Shown: positions 57,536-64,000 of the stretch, piece after piece
Layout: every line of letters begins with the position of its first letter
How positions within the stretch are numbered: position 1 is the stretch's first letter
Origin: Burkholderiales bacterium
GTDB lineage: Bacteria > Pseudomonadota > Gammaproteobacteria > Burkholderiales > SG8-41
Direction of reading: 5' to 3'
Length of the DNA stretch: 64,000 nucleotides
Assembly (NCBI GenBank): GCA_019744975.1
Contig: JAIETP010000008.1
Location: 5,549-69,548 of the forward strand
Position numbers and translations under genes: made by a program
The notes under the pieces: generated by a model
What the model saw: the letters and a program-made list of their open reading frames with translations, nothing else
Databases searched by the model: none
Told to the model about the DNA's origin: nothing

Positions 57536-57552
57536 GATGGAGCGGGAAGCGC

Positions 57553-60500
57553 TCAGCCGCAGGCCCCGGTAAATCCGCAGGCCGTGCAGTAATCACAACC
57601 GTCCTTGCGGATCAGCGTGTGGTTGCCGCATTCATCACAGCGGCGGCCTTTCATGACCTGCGGCGTGGTGCTGCGCTCCGGCGTGGCGAGGATGCCCATC
57701 TGCGTCAGCGGTGCGCCGTTGGCGTCGAGGATACCGAGCATGGTGTAACGATGCAGGATCAGCCGCGCGACATAGGCGACGGTCGAGGGGAAGGTGGCCT
57801 GTTTGCGTTCACCCGGCACGAAGGCCATGAAGTCGCCGAGCGGCTCCGGGAATTCGAGGAGTTTTTGCAGTTTCATGCCGATCCACGCCGGATCCATCAC
57901 GCGCATGTCCAGCGACAGGATTTTGCACAGGCCGTCGAGGGCGCGCGGGTATTCACCGGACAGCCACATCGAATAGGGCCGCGTGACGCCGGGGTTTTTG
58001 CCGTCGCCGGGCAGGGTGATTTCCTTCAGGCCCAGTACAAAATCGTCCCCGGTGCGCGGGTTCAGCACATCGACCGTCCACGACATCGTGCCGTCGGTGC
58101 CGGTCTTGGGTTCCTTCAGCGAGAACATGGCGTCGAATACGGGGGTCAGCGACTGGCCGAACAGCGGCGCGCCGGGCGGCGTGAGGCCCCCGAGCTGATC
58201 GACGCGCCAGCGCACGACCTGCGCGAAGGCGGCAACCACCGACGGCATGCGTTTGGTTTCGCCCAGTGGCGGGAAGGCCATGTCGAAGGGTTCGTCGCCG
58301 CCGGCCTTGGCCAGGGTGTCGAGTTTCAGTTGCAGCCAGCCCGGATCGCTGGCGCGCATGTCCATCGACAAAGTCTTGGCGACGGCGCCGAGGCCGCGCG
58401 GCTGTTCGCTGCCGTTGACCCAGACTTCGAAGGCCCGTTTGCTGCCGCTTTCGACGCTGCTTTCGACATGGCCGACAAACACCGCGAAGGCACCGTGCGG
58501 ATGTTCGATCATGTAGGTCCAGGCCGGATTGCCGGCACTCATCGCCGGCCGGCCCGGCCAGCGCAGGCTGGACAGCACGGGCGCGGGCAGGTTCTGGATC
58601 AGGATGCGGCGGTTGACGTCATCGCTGCGGAAATCCTGTGGCGCTTTGTCCTTGCCCGAGGGCTCGACCGACAGCACCGAGCCGAGGATGTTGTTCGGGC
58701 GGTAGGTGGCAAGACCCTTCAAGCCGGATTTCCAGGCGCGGAAATAAAGATCCTGGAATTCGCCGTAGGGATAGTCTTCCGGCACGTTGACGGTTTTGGA
58801 AATGCTGGTGTCGACGTACGGTGCGACTGCAGCGACCATTTCTTCATGGGCACGCGCCGAGATTTCCAGCGCGGTGACAAACCACGGCGGCAGCTTGTCG
58901 GTGTTGCCGCCCTGCGCCTTGTAACGCCGCCAGGCGTGATCCTCGACCGCGAATTCGCGCATGGTGTTGTCGGGCATGCGTTTTTTGCGGGTGTAGGTCC
59001 AGGAAAACGGCGGCTCGATGCCGTTCGAGGCGTTGTCGGCGAAGGACAGGCTGATCGTGCCGGTGGGTGCGATTGACAGCAGGTGGCTGTTGCGGATGCC
59101 CTGTTTGCGGATGGCCTGTTTGACGTCTTCCGGCAGACGCGCGGCGAAACTGCTGCCGCTCAGGTACAAGTCGGCGTTGAACAGCGGGAACGCGCCTTTC
59201 TCGCGCGCGATCTCGCTGGATGCGCGATAGGCGTGGTCACGCATGGCTTCGGAAATTTTCGCCGCCATTTGCCGCGCTTCTGCGGTGTCGTATCGGAGGC
59301 GCAGCATGATCAGCGCGTCCCCCAGCCCGGTGAAGCCGAGGCCGACACGGCGTTTGTTCATCGCCTCTTCATGCTGCTGCTTCAGCGGCCAGGCGGTGAC
59401 GTCGAGCACGTTGTCGAGCATGCGGGTGGCGACGGCGACGACGCGGCCGAAGTGTTCGTAATCGAAACTGGCGTTTTCAGCAAAAGGATGTTTAACGAAT
59501 TTCGTCAGGTCGATTGAACCCAGGCAGCAGCAGCCGTAGGGAGGCAATGGTTGCTCGGCGCAGTTGTGTACGTACGCGCCGTTGGCGTCAAAGGCATGTA
59601 CTTCGGATACGGTGACGTCGTAAACCGCTGCAATGCCGTCCTCATCGACACTGTCGATAGTCGCGACAAAATGGTCCTGGTTGAGGGCGCGTTGGTAGGC
59701 GCTGAGAGATCGCTGCAGACGGTTTTTCTTGTCGGCATCGGCAAAACCGATGCGTGTCGCAAATGTCGCCAGATTCACGCCGCTGATGATCAACTCATGC
59801 AGCGGCTGCGTCGGATACTCCCTGCTGCCGCCTTTGCCGTCGGGCAGCGCCTTCGGGCCGCCAGACCTGCGGTTGCGGTAAATGGTCGAATTGATGCCCA
59901 GTCGCGCCAGCATGCGCTGTGTGCCTTCGAGCACCGCGAGGCTGACCTGGGTGAGCCGCACGGAAACGCCTTTGGACTGCGTCCCTTGCACCGAGCCGTC
60001 CGCATCAAACAGGCCGCGCAGGAATCCACGATAAAACGCGGATGAGCAGCGCTCGATTTCAGGTGTCAGTGTTTTGTGGCCCGGCGCCATGCCCAGCGCA
60101 TGGGCAAGGGTTTTCAGCGCGCCGAGCGCGAGCCGGTAATGTCCCGGTTGCCCGGCAACGGTCAGCCATCCGGTGAAGTCTGCGCGGTGCGGCAAGGTCA
60201 GCGCGGCGGCATGGGCGGCATCCATCATGGTGCGCACGCCATGCGATTGCAGGGTCTCGCCGTTTGCTGCTTTGCTTGCCAGCGGATCCCATGCACCCAG
60301 GAGTGCCTTGTCGGTCTTGAGCGTGCCGTCACCCAGCAGCAGGCCGATCAGATAACCTTCGGACTCCGAGTGCGGGCCCGCCCATTCGGCGACATCACCA
60401 TGATTGTGGAGCACGATTCCATCGCCGGGTCGCAGGTCCTGCGCTTTGCGCCATTCAGTTTCCCGGCGATGACGCGTCCGTTCCGAAACGGACAACACCA

Positions 60501-61584
60501 GATGGTCAGGCGTCAGCCGCAACGCATGGCCTTCGCGGGTGCGTAGTTTCAGCACCGGCTTGGTGCCCGTGGCGAAAAAGCCGCTGGATTCGGTGTGGTA
60601 GGCCTTGCCATCAACAATGGCGTTGAACCGGGTGCCGATCAGCTGATGAACCTGCCTTGCGCCCTCGCTGGTCATGACCCAGGTATCGGCGGTCACGCAA
60701 GGATTCGTAGCCTCGATGGTTTCGCAGTAATTGAGGTTGTTGTCCTTGTTCATGCGGTCGATGAACAGGATGCCCGGCTCGGCGTGGTCGTAGGTCGATT
60801 GCATGATCTGTTCCCACAGCTCGCGTGCCGGTATCTTGCGGTAGACCCACAGGCCGTCTTCGCGCTGGTACGAACCTTTGGCCATCTGTTTGGCATTGGG
60901 TTTCGAACGGTGGACGAGTTCAACATCGGTATTGTTCTCGACCGCTTCCATGAACACGTCGGTGACGCCGACGGAGATGTTGAAGTTGGTGAGGTCGCCC
61001 TTGTCCTTGGCGTGGATAAACTCCTCGATATCCGGATGGTCGCAGCGCAGCACGCCCATCTGCGCGCCGCGGCGCGAGCCGGCGGATTCCACGGTTTCGC
61101 AGGAGCGGTCGAACACGCGCATGTAAGACACCGGGCCGCTGGCGTTGGACTGTGTGCCCTTGACATCTGCCCCCTTGGGCCGGATCGACGAGAAGTCATA
61201 ACCGACGCCGCCGCCGCGGCGCATGGTTTCGGCGGCTTCCTGCAAGGCGATGTAAATGCCGGGGCGGCCGTCGACGGTCTCCGAAATCGAATCGCCGACC
61301 GGCTGCACAAAACAGTTGATCAGTGTGGCCGCCAGTTGCACACCGGCGGCGGAGTTGATGCGGCCGGCGGGAATGAAGCCGTCTTCCTGCGCCTGTAAAA
61401 AGCGTTTTTCCCAGACGGCGCGCTGGTCTTCGGCCTCGGCCTGGGCCAGTGCGCGCGCCACGCGGCGGCGCACTTCGGTGATGCTGGTTTCCCTGCCCTT
61501 GGCGTATTTCTCGATCAGCGTGTCGCGGCTGATTTCCTGTTCAGCGGGGATGTTCAATGCGGCGCCGGTCACTGCTTCGTTCAT
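57553..61584 (-). CDS. nrdJ: Class II (adenosylcobalamin-dependent) ribonucleotide reductase with intein and C-terminal Zn ribbon
   Basis: IPAGRI, LINCFV, GGGVG, RRGAQM, TNP^[27 protein letters not shown], terminal CDEC...[11 protein letters not shown]. Confidence 0.95.
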   Translation of the reverse strand: MNEAVTGAALNIPAEQEISRDTLIEKYAKGRETSITEVRRRVARALAQAEAEDQRAVWEKRFLQAQEDGFIPAGRINSAAGVQLAATLINCFVQPVGDSISETVDGRPGIYIALQEAAETMRRGGGVGYDFSSIRPKGADVKGTQSNASGPVSYMRVFDRSCETVESAGSRRGAQMGVLRCDHPDIEEFIHAKDKGDLTNFNISVGVTDVFMEAVENNTDVELVHRSKPNAKQMAKGSYQREDGLWVYRKIPARELWEQIMQSTYDHAEPGILFIDRMNKDNNLNYCETIEATNPCVTADTWVMTSEGARQVHQLIGTRFNAIVDGKAYHTESSGFFATGTKPVLKLRTREGHALRLTPDHLVLSVSERTRHRRETEWRKAQDLRPGDGIVLHNHGDVAEWAGPHSESEGYLIGLLLGDGTLKTDKALLGAWDPLASKAANGETLQSHGVRTMMDAAHAAALTLPHRADFTGWLTVAGQPGHYRLALGALKTLAHALGMAPGHKTLTPEIERCSSAFYRGFLRGLFDADGSVQGTQSKGVSVRLTQVSLAVLEGTQRMLARLGINSTIYRNRRSGGPKALPDGKGGSREYPTQPLHELIISGVNLATFATRIGFADADKKNRLQRSLSAYQRALNQDHFVATIDSVDEDGIAAVYDVTVSEVHAFDANGAYVHNCAEQPLPPYGCCCLGSIDLTKFVKHPFAENASFDYEHFGRVVAVATRMLDNVLDVTAWPLKQQHEEAMNKRRVGLGFTGLGDALIMLRLRYDTAEARQMAAKISEAMRDHAYRASSEIAREKGAFPLFNADLYLSGSSFAARLPEDVKQAIRKQGIRNSHLLSIAPTGTISLSFADNASNGIEPPFSWTYTRKKRMPDNTMREFAVEDHAWRRYKAQGGNTDKLPPWFVTALEISARAHEEMVAAVAPYVDTSISKTVNVPEDYPYGEFQDLYFRAWKSGLKGLATYRPNNILGSVLSVEPSGKDKAPQDFRSDDVNRRILIQNLPAPVLSSLRWPGRPAMSAGNPAWTYMIEHPHGAFAVFVGHVESSVESGSKRAFEVWVNGSEQPRGLGAVAKTLSMDMRASDPGWLQLKLDTLAKAGGDEPFDMAFPPLGETKRMPSVVAAFAQVVRWRVDQLGGLTPPGAPLFGQSLTPVFDAMFSLKEPKTGTDGTMSWTVDVLNPRTGDDFVLGLKEITLPGDGKNPGVTRPYSMWLSGEYPRALDGLCKILSLDMRVMDPAWIGMKLQKLLEFPEPLGDFMAFVPGERKQATFPSTVAYVARLILHRYTMLGILDANGAPLTQMGILATPERSTTPQVMKGRRCDECGNHTLIRKDGCDYCTACGFTGACG
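59563..60699 (-). mobile_element. Intein (379 aa) with LAGLIDADG homing endonuclease
   Basis: Begins CVTADTWV, block [17 protein letters not shown] and [10 protein letters not shown], ends [18 protein letters not shown] followed by Cys. Confidence 0.95.
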
Positions 61585-61759
61585 TGTTGCTGGCCTTTCG
61601 TGCTGCAGGTTGGTAGATGATCATCAAGTATGCGCCCAGCCGCGGGCCGTGAAAACCCCAATACGCGAGCACTCCCGAACGATGCGCAGGGTGGTTGCGC
61701 GCCGGCGACAGCGCCGGTATGGTGCCGGCACTTCAAGACGCACAAGGAAAGGCACCGCC

Positions 61760-62548
61760 ATGTACCAGACCATCCAGTGGGAAATCCGCGAACACACCGG
61801 CGTACTGACGCTCAACCGTCCGGAGCGGCTCAATGCCATCGACAACGTGATGCGCAGCGAAGTCGAGCAGGTGCTGCGCGCGGCGGAAGCCAATGACGAG
61901 GTGTGGACCATCATCGTCACCGGCAACGGCCGGGGATTTTGTTCCGGCGCCGACCTGAAGGCGCGCGCCGAGGCCGAAAAAAGCGGCAACAGCAGCATGA
62001 ATCCGCAGCCGCTGTTCGAGCCGAAGTATTACTACACGATTGTATTCAGCGAACTGACCAAGCCGGTGATTGCCGCGGTCAACGGTGTGACCCGTGGCGC
62101 GGGCTGCAATATGGTGTTTGCGGCGGATTTCCGCATCGCCAGCGAGCAGGCCAATTTTGGCGTCAACTTCGTCGAGCGCGGCTTGATGGGTGAAACCTCG
62201 ACCTGGACGCTGCCGCGCCTGGTGGGGCATGCCATTGCCAGCGAGATCTGCCTGCTCGGCGAACCGTTCGACGCCGCGAAAGCCAAGGCCTGGGGGCTGC
62301 TGCATGCCGTGGTGCCTCACGACAAACTGATGGACGAGGCGATGGCGCTGGCACGGCGCATCAACAGCAAGGCGCCGCTGGCGGTGCGCATGACCAAGAT
62401 GGCGCTGCGCCGCGCTTACGATCAAAGTGCCGAGCAGCATTTGGAAATGCAGAACACCATGAACGGCAAGCTGCGCAATACCCAAGACACACGGGAAGCG
62501 CTGCGCGCCTTCATTGAAAAACGGCCGCCGGTGTTCCGCGGCGTTTAA
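61760..62548 (+). CDS. Enoyl-CoA hydratase/isomerase family protein
   Basis: LTLNRPERLNA, GRGFCSGADL, KPVIAAVNG, AFIEKRPPVFRG. Confidence 0.93.
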   Translation: MYQTIQWEIREHTGVLTLNRPERLNAIDNVMRSEVEQVLRAAEANDEVWTIIVTGNGRGFCSGADLKARAEAEKSGNSSMNPQPLFEPKYYYTIVFSELTKPVIAAVNGVTRGAGCNMVFAADFRIASEQANFGVNFVERGLMGETSTWTLPRLVGHAIASEICLLGEPFDAAKAKAWGLLHAVVPHDKLMDEAMALARRINSKAPLAVRMTKMALRRAYDQSAEQHLEMQNTMNGKLRNTQDTREALRAFIEKRPPVFRGV

Positions 62549-62571
62549 GTATTGTTGACCCTGCGGCCGGG

Positions 62572-63294
62572 TCAGAACACGATGCGCGGCGGCAGGTATT
62601 TCTCGATGATGGGGCGGTAGTCTTCCAGCCGGCCGCGTGGCCGTTTGAAGGGTGACTTGCTGAACAGGTCGTACATCTGGAAAGGCGTCAGGTAGCGTTC
62701 AGCGAGATCGCGGTCCTGTGCATCCATGTACGGCGCGCACAGTTCGGGCTCGATGCCGTGATAACGCACCAGCCAGGCTATTTGCGGCGGGAGGTGGTTT
62801 TTCAGCCGCGACCAGGCGAGGTCATCGCAACTCCACTGGAGTGTGCACTGATCCAGTCCGCATCCGGGTTCGCCGGTGGCCAGCAGGCTGTTCATGTAAG
62901 TCACATTTTCCGCCGACTCGCCCTTCAGCATGCACACCTTGCCGAGGTCATGCACCAGTGCGGCGAGGATGAATTCATCGCTGGCCATGCCGTCGGCGGC
63001 CATGGCCTCGACGACCTGCAGCATGTGGATTTCCTGGCTGGTGCAATAGAGGCGGTCATCGGCGGTGTCGATCACCCGCGCCATCATTTCGAACAGCGAC
63101 CAGGTGGGGATTTCGCCGAATATCGGTTGCCGGTATTTGTGGCGCAACGCCGCTGCCTCAGCTGTGGTCTGCGCGGCGTGGCGGGCGCGGATCGCGGCGG
63201 CTTCCCGGGTGTAAGCCTCGTAAAACCGCATGGTCTGCTCTTGGACTCGCTCGGGGGTCCATGGCGGCTGCGCTGTGATGGTTGTTGTTGCCAT
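62572..63294 (-). CDS. Myo-inositol oxygenase-like HD-domain protein
   Basis: H..QT, D..D, H.LQ..E, HDLGK, GCGLD, VRYH, YDLFSK. Confidence 0.75.
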   Translation of the reverse strand: MATTTITAQPPWTPERVQEQTMRFYEAYTREAAAIRARHAAQTTAEAAALRHKYRQPIFGEIPTWSLFEMMARVIDTADDRLYCTSQEIHMLQVVEAMAADGMASDEFILAALVHDLGKVCMLKGESAENVTYMNSLLATGEPGCGLDQCTLQWSCDDLAWSRLKNHLPPQIAWLVRYHGIEPELCAPYMDAQDRDLAERYLTPFQMYDLFSKSPFKRPRGRLEDYRPIIEKYLPPRIVF

Positions 63295-63442
63295 TCGGGT
63301 ATATCCGGCCCTCTGCTCAGCTTGCCGAATGATGCTAGCACAGGCATCCCGGGCCGGTGACAGGGGGCGGCATGCCTTGCCTCGGTCAGGCCCTTCAGCT
63401 ATCGTGCGTTCCTGATTTTCACTCCTGATCCGACTCATTCCC

Positions 63443-64000
63443 ATGGCTGACAAGAAAGCAAAAAGCACCGCCCGCAAAACCGGCATGCGCAAGGGCCTCA
63501 CCGCTTATGGCGACGAGGGTTTTTCGCTGTTCCTGCGCAAGGCCTTCGTCAAGGCGATGGGTTATACCGATGACGCGCTCGACCGGCCCATCGTCGGCAT
63601 CACCAACACTTTCAGCGGCTTCAATGCCTGTCACCGCAATGTGCCGGATCTGATCGAGGCGGTGAAACGAGGCGTGATGCTCGCCGGCGGTCTGCCGGTG
63701 GAATTCCCGGTGATCACGCTGCATGAATCGTTTGCCTACCCGACCAGCATGTACCTGCGCAACCTGATGTCGGTGGACACCGAGGAGATGATGCGCGGAC
63801 AACCGGTGGATGCGGTGGTGCTGATCGGCGGTTGCGACAAAACCGTGCCCGCGCTGCTGATGGGCGCGGCGAGTGCCAACGTACCTTCGATCATGCTGGT
63901 GACCGGTCCGATGATCACCGGCGACCACAAGGGCGAACGCCTGGGTGCCTGCACTGATTGCCGCCGCTTCTGGGGCAAATACCGCGCCACCGAAATTTCC
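63443..64000 (+). CDS. IlvD/Edd-family dihydroxy-acid dehydratase (partial, runs off window end)
   Basis: Manual translation: RPIVGITNT..FNACH, MYLRNLMS, GGCDKTVPALLMGA. Confidence 0.93.
   Translation, partial: MADKKAKSTARKTGMRKGLTAYGDEGFSLFLRKAFVKAMGYTDDALDRPIVGITNTFSGFNACHRNVPDLIEAVKRGVMLAGGLPVEFPVITLHESFAYPTSMYLRNLMSVDTEEMMRGQPVDAVVLIGGCDKTVPALLMGAASANVPSIMLVTGPMITGDHKGERLGACTDCRRFWGKYRATEIS

Noticed and set aside
61256-61759. Long N-terminal extensions on enoyl-CoA hydratase (also FKBP, GIY-YIG, exonuclease, M15 and MIOX ORFs)
   Set aside because: Extensions overlap neighbouring genes; downstream starts match family N-termini

Overview
GC-rich chromosomal segment, most likely from a Betaproteobacterium (Burkholderiales-like). 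This is inferred from six orphan Bug/TctC solute-binding genes, a betaproteobacterial-type LexA and a class II RNR. It mixes core and metabolic genes (LexA fragment, HI0933 flavoprotein, PAS-GAF-GGDEF-EAL-REC, TonB receptor, amidase, FKBP, OxyR-rubrerythrin-rubredoxin-reductase, two sulfatases, RraA, intein-containing NrdJ, enoyl-CoA hydratase, MIOX-like protein, IlvD fragment) with four toxin-antitoxin modules and many small intergenic repeats. The most unusual locus is 39.8-57.5 kb. A LuxR-type regulator is divergent from a two-partner-secretion cluster: a 2519-aa TpsA with eight ~195-aa repeats, a signal-peptide FecR protein with nested domains and a ~660-aa coiled-coil/hydrophobic insert, a Phd-PIN TA pair, a TpsB, and three paralogous CPCC Zn-finger membrane proteins. 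Also notable: a UGA-recoded UGSC selenoprotein with a SECIS-like hairpin, a GAAC-N4-GTTC SOS box in front of lexA, a stop-codon-bearing 13-bp tandem array, and a recurring identical 20-bp IHF-type motif. No rRNA, tRNA, CRISPR array or transposase was seen. All calls are motif recognition by eye; no database searches were run.
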